A stretch of DNA of 64,000 bases from contig CAWDNU010000003.1 of assembly GCA_963803705.1 (NCBI GenBank), positions 1-64,000 on the forward strand, in the 5' to 3' direction. Of this stretch, positions 31,410 through 41,532 are shown one piece after another. The first letter of the stretch is position 1. Each line of letters starts with the position of its first letter. Origin of the DNA: an uncultured Pseudobdellovibrionaceae bacterium (GTDB lineage Bacteria; Bdellovibrionota; Bdellovibrionia; Bdellovibrionales; UBA1609). The translations under genes were made by a program, and so were the position numbers. The notes beneath the pieces are model-generated. The model made no database searches, was not told where the DNA came from, and saw only the letters and a program-made list of their open reading frames with translations.

Positions 31410-31670
31410 TTAGTCTTTCTTTTTTTTAAGCTCATGGTTTAGCAAATGTATTTGATCTATTAGATGAAGTATAACCTCTAGCGATTCGAGGTTCGAACTG
31501 TAGGTTTCCTGAATTTCATGTAGTAAACGAATGCGAGAAAAGTCTTCTTCGTCAAAAGTTAGTTCATCAACTTTTATTGGAATAACCAACTGAGACTCTA
31601 TCCAAGTTATAATCGTATTTTGATCAATATTAAGTTCTTCACAAATAAAACTAAGTTCGTAGGTTTTCAT
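31410..31670 (-). CDS. cbpM: Chaperone modulator CbpM-like protein
   Basis: MerR-like fold signature, VILHLIDQI; directly downstream of cbpA. Confidence 0.75.
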   Translation of the reverse strand: MKTYELSFICEELNIDQNTIITWIESQLVIPIKVDELTFDEEDFSRIRLLHEIQETYSSNLESLEVILHLIDQIHLLNHELKKKKD

Positions 31671-31671
31671 T

Positions 31672-32562
31672 TTACAAGCCCCCGTTGCTAGCTTGCTCAC
31701 CATTTTCCCAATCAGCAATTGCTGCTTTCAATTGAGGAGTAATTGTTGGCGGAATTTCTATTTTAATGATGGCAAAAAGATCCCCAATTGGTTTGCCTTG
31801 AATTCCTTTTCCTTTGATTCTCAGTTTAGTGCCGGAGTTTGTATTTTCTGGAACTGTTAGCTCCACGGCACCATCTACAGTTGGAACACGCACCTTTCCT
31901 CCTAACAAAGCTTTAGAAAACAAAATCGGAACTTCGACGGAAAGGTCATTACCATTAATCACAAATTTTTCTGATTTCTTAACACTTATATCGATATAAG
32001 CATCACCTTGGGGGCCGCCATTATAACCTAGTCCACCTCGTTCTTTGAGCTTAATTTTTTGTCCAGTTCTAATTCCTGCAGGAATCTTAGCCTCTATTTT
32101 TTGTCCTGTAGGTAGTGTAAAAGTTTTAATAGCACCTAAGACAGCTTCTCTAAATTCTATTTCCATTTTATAAATTTGGTCATCTCCTCGCATTGATCTA
32201 TTCTGGTAGGATTGTTGTCTGAATAAATCTTCAAAATTGAAATCACCGAAATTTTCCTTGAACATATCTTGATACCTACTTTGGTTGTTTGACTGTGTCT
32301 GGGAGTAAGAAGGTCCCGCAGCATAGCCTTGTGAATTCTCAAAATAGTCGCCATTATCAAACTTTTTTCTCTTTTCAGTATTTCCAAGTACTTCGTAGGC
32401 TTCGCTAACTTCTTTAAATTTTTCTTCTGCAACCGTGTTGTTAGGATTTAAATCAGGATGATATTTTCGAGCTAAATTACGATATGATTTTTTTACATCA
32501 TCGTTTGTCGCATTTTTGCTTAAATTCAAAGTCTTATAAAAGTCTTTCTTTTGTGCTGCCAT
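31672..32562 (-). CDS. cbpA: DnaJ-class co-chaperone without Zn finger (CbpA-like)
   Basis: J domain with HPD; DnaJ_C; followed by cbpM. Confidence 0.85.
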   Translation of the reverse strand: MAAQKKDFYKTLNLSKNATNDDVKKSYRNLARKYHPDLNPNNTVAEEKFKEVSEAYEVLGNTEKRKKFDNGDYFENSQGYAAGPSYSQTQSNNQSRYQDMFKENFGDFNFEDLFRQQSYQNRSMRGDDQIYKMEIEFREAVLGAIKTFTLPTGQKIEAKIPAGIRTGQKIKLKERGGLGYNGGPQGDAYIDISVKKSEKFVINGNDLSVEVPILFSKALLGGKVRVPTVDGAVELTVPENTNSGTKLRIKGKGIQGKPIGDLFAIIKIEIPPTITPQLKAAIADWENGEQASNGGL

Positions 32563-32894
32563 TTTGGTTCCTATAGAGAGTCAATTGATGGGCGACAACT
32601 AGCATCTTTATTCCCAAATTGACAGGTTTAGATTTTAGCAAGTTATAGTTACAGATACTATTAACTTAGTAAAATTCTAACTTGCAATTCTTACAATTTT
32701 AATATTAGCAAACAAATTCCTAAAATATTAAAATTAGCAAACCGCATTAAAATTTAGTCAAAACCTGCAATAAAATAGACTCTATTATTTGTAATCACTC
32801 ACCTACGTTCTAAGATATAGTTTGATTAATATGAGTAATCAAATAAAATGTTGTTATAGTTCAGCTGATTATTTATCGAAGTATTAATTTTTAG

Positions 32895-34037
32895 GTGTTA
32901 CTGGAGGTGCTATTGGATTTAAAGAAACTAAAACTATTCATCATTATTACGATTCTGGGATATTTTATTGTGGCTCAATCGGCCACCGATAAGTGGTCTC
33001 AAAAGATGGTAAGCTTTGTTGCACCTGTTATTCAGATTTATTCCTTGGACTTAAACAAAGAGGTTTATTCAAAAAAAGAGAAAGCTGTTTTAAGTAAAGC
33101 TGTAAAAGATCTACAGAGTAACAGCCACAGTCTTAAATTTTCGTCTATGGATTTTTTTTCAAAAAAAGATCCTGTCATAAAAGCAGAATATCTGCAGTTT
33201 AAAAACAATCTGGATATGGCGGAAAAAGCTTTAGCGTTTTCAACTAGGCAAAGTGTTAATTATGTAAGGGGTGCTATTGGACAATGTGCTGCTTGTCATT
33301 CTAATGGCGGTAAATCCACACATCTTTTTGAACCATTTAGAAACTCAAAAATATCTGATTTCGAGAAAGGTCGACTTGCCCTTGCACTAAGGGATTATCA
33401 ATCTTCAGCGGATATTTATAGATCAATTTTGCTGAACAAAGATCTACATGGGAATTATTTTAAAATTAATGACTTGGTTGTATCATATTTGAATGTTTCG
33501 ATTTTAAGTGAACGAGATAATACTAAAATAATCATTGATCTGAAAAAGATCATTGAAGAATCAAAAAATCCAGCCATCCAAAAAGATTTGAATGAAAAAA
33601 TTAAAGATGTTTCAGCCAACGTTAAAATACCGAATTACAAAGTTGCTATACAGAAATATAAAAAAATTCCGCAAAATTTTTCCGCCTTAGATAAAAAGAT
33701 TTTTACAGCTTTGAAAGTTAAAAATAAATTGCATGAGGAACTAAGGGGTATAAAATCAAAGAGTGATCGCGCCGATGTTTACTCTGTACTAGGAGACATT
33801 TATAGTAACTACAAAGAACTTTCAATCTTTATGGTTCCTGAAGCTTACTACGAGCTGTGCATTAAAGAGGTTCCAAAAACTGCAAAATCCCAGAAATGTT
33901 TTAAAAAATACAGTTCTCAAATAACGTTTGGCTATTCAGGCAGTATGGGCACAAACATACCTGCTTACGAGACTGAAAAGATTAACAAGTTAAAAGCGAT
34001 TGCATTCGAAAATCAAAACAAGAATAAGAAGCTTTAA
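32895..34037 (+). CDS. Secreted monoheme c-type cytochrome with helical/TPR-like C-terminus (start may be TTG 32913)
   Basis: Signal peptide; single CAACH; RBS GGAGG at 32903. Confidence 0.65.
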   Translation: MLLEVLLDLKKLKLFIIITILGYFIVAQSATDKWSQKMVSFVAPVIQIYSLDLNKEVYSKKEKAVLSKAVKDLQSNSHSLKFSSMDFFSKKDPVIKAEYLQFKNNLDMAEKALAFSTRQSVNYVRGAIGQCAACHSNGGKSTHLFEPFRNSKISDFEKGRLALALRDYQSSADIYRSILLNKDLHGNYFKINDLVVSYLNVSILSERDNTKIIIDLKKIIEESKNPAIQKDLNEKIKDVSANVKIPNYKVAIQKYKKIPQNFSALDKKIFTALKVKNKLHEELRGIKSKSDRADVYSVLGDIYSNYKELSIFMVPEAYYELCIKEVPKTAKSQKCFKKYSSQITFGYSGSMGTNIPAYETEKINKLKAIAFENQNKNKKL

Positions 34038-34288
34038 TTTTTCCAATGCTGTTAGAAAATGTTTAGCTAGCTAGCTGGCTGGCCTTTAAGGATTGCAAGG
34101 TCGAAAAAGCGTCTAAGATTTGGCTGAAATGTGACTTCGGTCAACACCAAACTTTTTAAGCTGCTCGATTCCTAACAATTACAAAGAATTACTAAGCCAA
34201 GCAGGAATACTTATTTGTTTTTTTAAAGTATATATAATAACTATTCTACATGATCAGCGTTTTAAAATGATTTTATAAGGAGGGTATT

Positions 34289-35734
34289 ATGAAACCAAGA
34301 ATTACGGTTGCCTATGGAGACGGTATCGGGCCGGAAATAATGAAAGCTACTTTAAGTATTCTTGAAGCAGCTGGCGCAGAATTTGATACAGATGTGATTG
34401 AAATCGGGGAAAAAGTTTACAAAGACGGACACTCCTCAGGTATCCGACCGGAAGATTGGGAGACCATAGCTAAAAACAAGGTTTTGCTTAAAGCGCCCAT
34501 AACCACACCCCAAGGTGGTGGTTATAAAAGTCTTAACGTGACTTTGCGAAAGACGCTTGGTCTATTTGCGAACGTAAGACCTGTAACATCACTTCATCCT
34601 TTTGTAAAAACAAAGCACCCTGTCATGGACATAGTTATAGTAAGAGAAAACGAAGAAGATCTATATGCCGGTATTGAGCACAGACAAACCCCAGAAGTCT
34701 ATCAATGTCTAAAACTTGTTAGCCAACCCGGTTGCGAGAAAATTATTCGTTACGCTTTTGAATATGCCAAGACTAGAGGACGAAAAAAAGTCACTTGCAT
34801 GTCTAAAGATAACATTATGAAACTGACTGACGGAATTTTTCATAAAACTTTTGATAAAATTGCTAAAGAGTATTCGGATATTCAGACGGATCACTGGATT
34901 ATTGATATAGGTGCAGCAAAACTTGCCAGTTCGCCAGAAAACTTTGACGTCGTTGTTACTCTTAATCTGTACGGTGATATCATTAGCGACATAGTGGCAG
35001 AAACTTCTGGGTCGGTAGGACTGGCTGGGTCTAGTAATATCGGCTCGAACTGTGCCATGTTCGAAGCCATACACGGCTCGGCACCAATGATTGCGGGACA
35101 ATCCATCGCAAATCCCAGCGGAATTTTACTTGCTGCTACCCAGATGTTGAATCACCTTGGCCAAGGTGAAGTGGGTGCTCGTATTGAAAATGCATGGCTA
35201 AAGACAATAGAAGATGGTGTTGCCACTGTAGATATTTTTTCTGAAGGTGTATCGAGTAAAAAAGTGAAAACCCAGGAGTTTGCAGCCGAAGTGATAAAAC
35301 GCTTAGGCGAAACCCCCGTCCAGCTTAAAAGAAAAGAAGGCCACAATTTACAGATTGACACTTCAAAGTTCACTTCGAGTCCTACGAACATAAAAAGAGA
35401 GCTTCAAGGTATAGATGTGTTTTTATATAATGAGGATAGAAATCCTAATCATATCGGCGAAGGGTTAATTGAAGTTGCCAAATCCACTGCAATGAAACTT
35501 CAGATGATAACAAATAGAGGCATTAAGGTTTTTCCTGATGGAAACCCTGAAACTTTTTGTACGGACCACTGGAGATGTCGTTTCGAACCAGCTGATGGAA
35601 GTGATTTAGTAGACCACAAAGATTTATGGAAGCTTTTAAGTTCAATCACAGAGGCCAACTTAGAAGTTATTAAAACCGAACTTCTATATAGCTTTGACGG
35701 GGAAAAAGGGTATTCGTTGGGACAAGGTCAGTAG
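34289..35734 (+). CDS. icd: NADP-dependent isocitrate dehydrogenase (long C-terminal type)
   Basis: GDGIGPEI, LKAPITTP..GYKSLNV, RENEED, NLYGDIISD, EAIHGSAP, TDHWRCRF. Confidence 0.92.
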   Translation: MKPRITVAYGDGIGPEIMKATLSILEAAGAEFDTDVIEIGEKVYKDGHSSGIRPEDWETIAKNKVLLKAPITTPQGGGYKSLNVTLRKTLGLFANVRPVTSLHPFVKTKHPVMDIVIVRENEEDLYAGIEHRQTPEVYQCLKLVSQPGCEKIIRYAFEYAKTRGRKKVTCMSKDNIMKLTDGIFHKTFDKIAKEYSDIQTDHWIIDIGAAKLASSPENFDVVVTLNLYGDIISDIVAETSGSVGLAGSSNIGSNCAMFEAIHGSAPMIAGQSIANPSGILLAATQMLNHLGQGEVGARIENAWLKTIEDGVATVDIFSEGVSSKKVKTQEFAAEVIKRLGETPVQLKRKEGHNLQIDTSKFTSSPTNIKRELQGIDVFLYNEDRNPNHIGEGLIEVAKSTAMKLQMITNRGIKVFPDGNPETFCTDHWRCRFEPADGSDLVDHKDLWKLLSSITEANLEVIKTELLYSFDGEKGYSLGQGQ

Positions 35735-35819
35735 TCTACTTGTAAAGCAGATGATACCAGCTTTCTTTATGAAGCTTGAACCTTGGAGAATCAAAACTTT
35801 ATGAGTAAGATCATAAGCT

Positions 35820-36461
35820 ATGAGATCTATCCTAATCTTGCTTTCTTCCTTTTCCTTTTCCTTTTCCTTTTGCTTAAGCGCAGAAGGCACAGTGGTAACC
35901 GACAGAAATGTAGACCAAGTTCAGAAAATTATTATCTTGGGTGATTCCCTAACAGAGGGCTACGGTATTGAAAAAAGCCAAGCTTTTCCTGCGAAACTTG
36001 AACAGCTACTGAATAAAAAGACTGGTAAATACAGTGTTTTAGCTGCTGGTACAAGTGGCTCGACTTCAGCAAGTGGTTACAAAAGACTTAAGTGGCACCT
36101 GCGTGCCAAACCTCAAGTTTTAATTCTTGCATTAGGTGGTAACGACGCACTACGTGGCGTAAAGCCCCTAACCACTAAAAAAAATCTGGCTAAGGTTATT
36201 AGGCTAGCTAAAAAGAATGGCCTCAAAGTTTTTCTGGCAGGTATGAAGACACCTACAAATTATGGTAATTCTTTTGGCAAAGATTTTGAAAAAATTTTTA
36301 AGGAGTTGGCCCTTGAATATCAAATTGGTCTTATCCCGTTTCTATTACAGGATGTAGGTGGGGTTGCAAAGTACAACTTACAAGATGGCATTCATCCTAA
36401 TGAAACGGGGCACTCGATAATTGCGAAAAACTTGTTCAATCAACTGAAGGACAAGCTGTGA
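35820..36461 (+). CDS. tesA: SGNH arylesterase / acyl-CoA thioesterase I
   Basis: GDSL, GGND, DGIHPN; upstream of ybbAP-like genes. Confidence 0.85.
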   Translation: MRSILILLSSFSFSFSFCLSAEGTVVTDRNVDQVQKIIILGDSLTEGYGIEKSQAFPAKLEQLLNKKTGKYSVLAAGTSGSTSASGYKRLKWHLRAKPQVLILALGGNDALRGVKPLTTKKNLAKVIRLAKKNGLKVFLAGMKTPTNYGNSFGKDFEKIFKELALEYQIGLIPFLLQDVGGVAKYNLQDGIHPNETGHSIIAKNLFNQLKDKL

Positions 36462-37135
36462 TTTTAGAGGTCAAAAATCTAAAGAAAACTTTTTTTCAGG
36501 GCACTGTCAAAGTTCAAGCTATTAAGGGAGTTAGTTTTTCAATTGAAAAAGGAGAATCGCTATCCATAACTGGCCCCTCGGGCAGTGGCAAATCAACTTT
36601 GCTGTCGCTTTTGTCAGGACTAGATATCCCCACTGAAGGAAGCGTAATCATCGATGGTGTTCACGTGAAAAATCTTTCTGAAAAGAAACTAGCCACATTT
36701 AGATCAAAAAAAATTGGTATTGTTTTTCAGCAATTTCACCTGATGCCACATCTTACGGCCTTAGAAAATGTGTCCCTGCCTTTAGAAATCTCCAGGAAGG
36801 GATCTGCGTTGGATGAAGCCAAGAACATTTTAGATGGTGTTGGTCTGGGTGATAGAATAAATCATTTGCCTCATGAGCTGAGCGGTGGGGAAAAACAACG
36901 GGTTGCTATAGCAAGGGCTCTAGTCACCAAGCCAAAAATTTTACTAGCTGATGAACCAAGTGGTAACCTGGATTCTGAAACAGGGGACAAAGTTATGGAT
37001 CTGCTTTTCAAGATTTGTGAATCCAACAGCATTTCCTTAATTTTGATTACCCATGATAAGGATCTGGCTAGCAAATGTGATCTTACACTTAATTTAAAAG
37101 ATGGCCTTCTAGATTCTGGTTTAGCAGCAGAATAG
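36458..37135 (+). CDS. ABC transporter ATP-binding protein (YbbA-like)
   Basis: GPSGSGKST, LSGGE, ADEPSGNLD. Confidence 0.9.
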   Translation: MILEVKNLKKTFFQGTVKVQAIKGVSFSIEKGESLSITGPSGSGKSTLLSLLSGLDIPTEGSVIIDGVHVKNLSEKKLATFRSKKIGIVFQQFHLMPHLTALENVSLPLEISRKGSALDEAKNILDGVGLGDRINHLPHELSGGEKQRVAIARALVTKPKILLADEPSGNLDSETGDKVMDLLFKICESNSISLILITHDKDLASKCDLTLNLKDGLLDSGLAAE

Positions 37136-37144
37136 GGACGCTAA

Positions 37145-39700
37145 TTGGGTATATTTAAATACATCTTTAAAGAGCTTTTGAATAACAAACAATTTTGTAT
37201 CTTGTTTGTTATTAACCTGTCTATTGGTCTAACTGGTCTTATATCAATAGAAGGCTTTAAGTCTTCGCTTAATAATACTATCTCAGAACAATCTAAAAGT
37301 CTGTTAGGGGCAGATGTCGGCATGTCGGCAAGGCGACCTATTACCGACCAAGAGATTAAAGTTTTAGAAGCAGAGATAAAAAAAAGTAACTTCCAATTTG
37401 CACAGATGATCGAGGTTTTTTCCATGGTCAAAAGTGAAAACAATAGATCCAGATTAATGCAAATTCGGGCTATTGACGGAAATTATCCTTTTTACGGAGA
37501 GTTCAAGTTACGTCAAAAAACCACAAAGACATTTAAAAAAAATTATAAAGAAAGACCATTGGTACTTGTTCATCCAGAGGTTTTAGATCAGTTGGGTGCA
37601 AAAATCGGTCAAACTATCAAAATTGGTGCTAAGGCATTCACTATTTCTAACGTGGTAGAGCAAGACTCTGCATCTGGAGTGTCTTCGTCCGTGGCACCAC
37701 GAATTTATATGCACTTACAGAATTTAAGTAAAACAAAGCTACTGAAATTTGGAAGCCTTGCTTGGTACAGTCAACTTTACAAAATTCCCCATATGTCTGA
37801 CAGTGCTTTAGAGGAACTTAGCGATTCTTTGTTTGAAAAGCTAGATAGTCCCGAACTACAAATATATACCCACAAAAGAGCTAGTGAACAGCTGTCGGCT
37901 CTGGTTTCAAGACTCAATGACTTTTTAGGACTTAATTCTATAGTCGCGCTGTTCCTGTCATTTATTGGCGGGTTCTTTTTAGTTAGGTCTTATTTTTTTT
38001 CTAAGTTCAACCAAATCGCAATCCTAATAAGCTTAGGCCTTTCACCTGCGTTATCATTTTTATTTTACATATTTCAAATTTTAATTCTTGGTCTGTGTAG
38101 CTCTATTTTAGCATCTATTTTATCTTTATTTGTTGTCCCTGTTCTTGGTAAATTGTCCGAAGGACTTTTGCCATTCACTATTAATTTTTCAATTGATCCC
38201 ATAACTTTCATATATGGACTTATTGTTGGTGTTGCTGGGTCGGCATTGATCTGTTTACCATTGATAGTCAAATTAAAAAAAACCAAACCTTTGCTACTGC
38301 TAAGCAACCAACTTGAATCCTCTAAAAATTCAGTTGATTTACTTATGCAAATACTTTGGTCCGTGCCAGCGCTATTACTTTTCTATTTTTTAAGTGTAAG
38401 ACTTTCAAACTCTATTCAGGTAGGAAGCTACTTTATTTTAATTGTTTTATCTGCATCAGTAATTTTAGCTGGTTTATCTTCGGCTATTTTTCGTGAGCCA
38501 AAAAATCGAACTTACATAAGTCTTTTCTGGGCATTAAGAGAGATAAAACGAAACAGAAAAATAACTTTGATTTCGTTCATCGCAATAGGTATCGGAAGTC
38601 TACTACTGAATCTTACGCCACAGATCAGTGCTATTGTTAAGAAAGATCTAGTGTCACCAGATCAAAAAGCACTGCCCACATTTTTTATGTTCGACATCCA
38701 AGAAGAACAAGTGGGCGAACTTAAAAACATTGCAACTACCGAAGGAGCTAAGATTAACAACTTGTCACCTGTGATCAGAGCCAGATTAAGCAAAGTAAAT
38801 GAATTAGATTTTGGAAAGGGCATTGAGCTAAATAGCTCTAAGAATTTAACCAGAGAGCAACAGCGTGAACTTAGATTTAAAAACAGAGGGTTTAATTTAT
38901 CTTACCGAGACAGACTAGATAGTTCGGAGTCAATCTTTAAGGGCCAAAATTTTTCAGGCTTTTACGATGAGACAACTGAAATACTACCCGAGATTTCAGT
39001 TGAAAGACGTTTCGCCAAAAGGTTAGAACTAAAAATCGGTGATACTCTTGATTTCGAAATAGATGGACTACCTTTTTCTGGTCGTGTGATCAATTTAAGA
39101 TCCGTAAAATGGTCTTCGTTTCAGCCTAACTTTTTTCTACAGTTTCAGCCAGGTTCTTTGGATATGGCTCCCAAAACTTTCGTTGCTTCAATCAATACAG
39201 ATAGCTACAAAATAAAAATGTCACTTCAAAATACAATTGTCGAGCAACTGCCTAATGTCTCAATCGTTGATGTTTCCAAAGTTGTAACAAAAATTATAGA
39301 GATCATGACTCAGATGGTATTAGCTATACAATTTATGTCGATAATCTGTATTTTAGTAGGCTTCATTGTTATTTATTCAGTGGCAAATCACCTGGCTGTA
39401 TTAAAAAAACAAGATATTGGTCTTCTAAAGGCAGTCGGTGTGCCGCTCGCAATGATTAGAAATCAATTTCTATTTCAATTTGGTATTATCGCTTTAGTTG
39501 CCGCTTCATTCGGGGTTTGTCTGAGCCTTTTAGCAAGTCTAAGCATTAGTTACTTTGTCTTTCAGACTAAATGGGTTGTATCATGGCCAGTGCCGGTTGC
39601 ATCAACCTTAGGTGTAGTTGGATTTAGTATTTTAGTGACCTATCTTGGAGTCCGAAAAAGTTTGAACACCAAAGCATTAAAGCTTCTAAATTTAAGTTAA
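37145..39700 (+). CDS. FtsX-like ABC permease (YbbP-like)
   Basis: LLGAD, YPFYG, FFMFDIQ, W.SFQPNFF; two TM blocks. Confidence 0.88.
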   Translation: MGIFKYIFKELLNNKQFCILFVINLSIGLTGLISIEGFKSSLNNTISEQSKSLLGADVGMSARRPITDQEIKVLEAEIKKSNFQFAQMIEVFSMVKSENNRSRLMQIRAIDGNYPFYGEFKLRQKTTKTFKKNYKERPLVLVHPEVLDQLGAKIGQTIKIGAKAFTISNVVEQDSASGVSSSVAPRIYMHLQNLSKTKLLKFGSLAWYSQLYKIPHMSDSALEELSDSLFEKLDSPELQIYTHKRASEQLSALVSRLNDFLGLNSIVALFLSFIGGFFLVRSYFFSKFNQIAILISLGLSPALSFLFYIFQILILGLCSSILASILSLFVVPVLGKLSEGLLPFTINFSIDPITFIYGLIVGVAGSALICLPLIVKLKKTKPLLLLSNQLESSKNSVDLLMQILWSVPALLLFYFLSVRLSNSIQVGSYFILIVLSASVILAGLSSAIFREPKNRTYISLFWALREIKRNRKITLISFIAIGIGSLLLNLTPQISAIVKKDLVSPDQKALPTFFMFDIQEEQVGELKNIATTEGAKINNLSPVIRARLSKVNELDFGKGIELNSSKNLTREQQRELRFKNRGFNLSYRDRLDSSESIFKGQNFSGFYDETTEILPEISVERRFAKRLELKIGDTLDFEIDGLPFSGRVINLRSVKWSSFQPNFFLQFQPGSLDMAPKTFVASINTDSYKIKMSLQNTIVEQLPNVSIVDVSKVVTKIIEIMTQMVLAIQFMSIICILVGFIVIYSVANHLAVLKKQDIGLLKAVGVPLAMIRNQFLFQFGIIALVAASFGVCLSLLASLSISYFVFQTKWVVSWPVPVASTLGVVGFSILVTYLGVRKSLNTKALKLLNLS

Positions 39701-39742
39701 ATTTAAGCAAAATTTAAGTAAAGTCTAAGTTGAATTTAAAAT
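39688..39742. repeat. Five degenerate 11-bp tandem units
   Basis: AAATTTAAGTT / AAATTTAAGCA / AAATTTAAGTA / AAGTCTAAGTT / GAATTTAAAAT. Confidence 0.6.
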
Positions 39743-39925
39743 CGTCTATTTTCAGTTATCAAGCTATCAACTTAAAGGTAGCCCTTTGCAAATCATTAAA
39801 TAAGTCACTAGCTATCATATTTAGGTTAAGAAACCTCTGTGACACATAAAGCAATCCATTTTAAATTTCCAAAAGGCTTTCAATTCAACTAGCCTTAGGT
39901 CAAGGGATTTTAAAAGGGGGATAAT

Positions 39926-41491
39926 ATGAAATTAGTTTATATGGTTTGGATAGTTTTTGTCTTCGTTGGCTGCGAGCAGAAAAGTAAGAACCGAACACCC
40001 ACCATCAATCCTTCACGACTCAAAGCTGTAGGTCCTGCCGATGAGCTACAAATAGCATTAGGTAGGGTTCTAGATGCTAGCGCCCCCAAACTTAACCCAG
40101 CTACAGCCTGCCCCCGCGAGGTTACTGATTACTTAGGCTCTATATCTGCAGAGTGTGGCGCACTTCGCGTACCTACGGATCACAGAGCGATAACTTCAAA
40201 ATCTGTGGGTGTGGGTTATATGAAAATCCCCCAAACTTATGACCCTGCAAAGCCACTTTTAGTCATCGAACAAGGTGGGCCAGGTGGGTCCTCTATTATG
40301 CTAGCAGCTGCATATGTGATGATTAATGATGATTTAGTTGAAGAGTTCAATATCCTTGCCGTCGAGCAACGGGGTACTCTTTGGACATATCCTAATGCTA
40401 CTTGTGAAACTGTTGTCGACATCGAAATCAAAGTATTAGAAAAAAACTTAGACGCAGCTGCAGGTCAACTAGCTATTGACGAGGCAAACAAGAAATGTTT
40501 GAAAAGAACTTCTCAGATAATGGATATTTCAAAAATTTCAACTTATCAGATTGCAAAAGATATAGTGTACGCAGCAGGCGAGTTAGGATTTGATGTTTTT
40601 AATTTTTACGGCGTCTCCTACGGCACAGTTGTAGGGCAGTACCTTATAGAATATTCTGACCAACATGTGGCCAACATCGTTTTAGACTCACCAGCTGTGG
40701 TCGGAAAGTTGTGGATGAATGACGCCATGGAAAATATGGATTCCTTGGCTGAAGCTAGATTTGATTCTTACAGACAAATGTATTTGTCTAACATGACCCT
40801 ATCTGAAGCAATTGACCATTTCAAAAGTGCTTCGCAGGTGTTTGAAATATCCCCAATAAGCGCATCTGTTCCTCACCCTAATGGTGATTTCAGTTTAGTG
40901 GTGGATGCTGATTTTTTTCTAGATTTGGTATTTCAAATGTTGGTTGTTTATTCAGAAGACAGCATTGCAAAAATGTTGATGGACGCCGCCGAAACAGCAA
41001 AAACCGATCAGCAACAGGCAAAACTCGTCTTCGAATTTTTGTTGCCTCAGTTACAGTTAACTGGACAAAGCAACACCTCGATCATGTATCAAAGTATCGT
41101 GTGCCGGGAGTTTTCTTTTGCAGACCTTAACTTTAAGGGCTCTTCAGAAAATTGGACTTTTTTGCCTAAACTTTTAAGCCCAGAGACTTTGGATAAATTG
41201 GTAGCGGAAGCCAGTCCTTGCACTTTAAATCTTCCTAAAACTGACCAAGATGTAATCTTAAAAAGCCCTATTGCGAGTGATAAAAAGGTTCTAGTTGTTG
41301 GCGGCGAATTCGACTACGTCACCAATCCTCGCTATGTTTCGGAAGTTGCGGCTAACATGCCAAATGCATTTACCGATATTTTTAAAGGTGCATCTCATGG
41401 AGTATACACTGCTCAAGAGTGTATCACTGAAAGTATAAACGACTATTTACTTAGCCCAACAGCAGCTTATTCGAATTTGTGCTCACAATGA
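39926..41491 (+). CDS. Alpha/beta hydrolase lipoprotein (S33/TAP-like peptidase)
   Basis: FVGC lipobox; GGPGGS, QRGT, GVSYG, D..T, SHG. Confidence 0.85.
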   Translation: MKLVYMVWIVFVFVGCEQKSKNRTPTINPSRLKAVGPADELQIALGRVLDASAPKLNPATACPREVTDYLGSISAECGALRVPTDHRAITSKSVGVGYMKIPQTYDPAKPLLVIEQGGPGGSSIMLAAAYVMINDDLVEEFNILAVEQRGTLWTYPNATCETVVDIEIKVLEKNLDAAAGQLAIDEANKKCLKRTSQIMDISKISTYQIAKDIVYAAGELGFDVFNFYGVSYGTVVGQYLIEYSDQHVANIVLDSPAVVGKLWMNDAMENMDSLAEARFDSYRQMYLSNMTLSEAIDHFKSASQVFEISPISASVPHPNGDFSLVVDADFFLDLVFQMLVVYSEDSIAKMLMDAAETAKTDQQQAKLVFEFLLPQLQLTGQSNTSIMYQSIVCREFSFADLNFKGSSENWTFLPKLLSPETLDKLVAEASPCTLNLPKTDQDVILKSPIASDKKVLVVGGEFDYVTNPRYVSEVAANMPNAFTDIFKGASHGVYTAQECITESINDYLLSPTAAYSNLCSQ

Positions 41492-41532
41492 TATTTATAA
41501 ACTTTTTTATAACGTCTTATTAATGTTAACTG

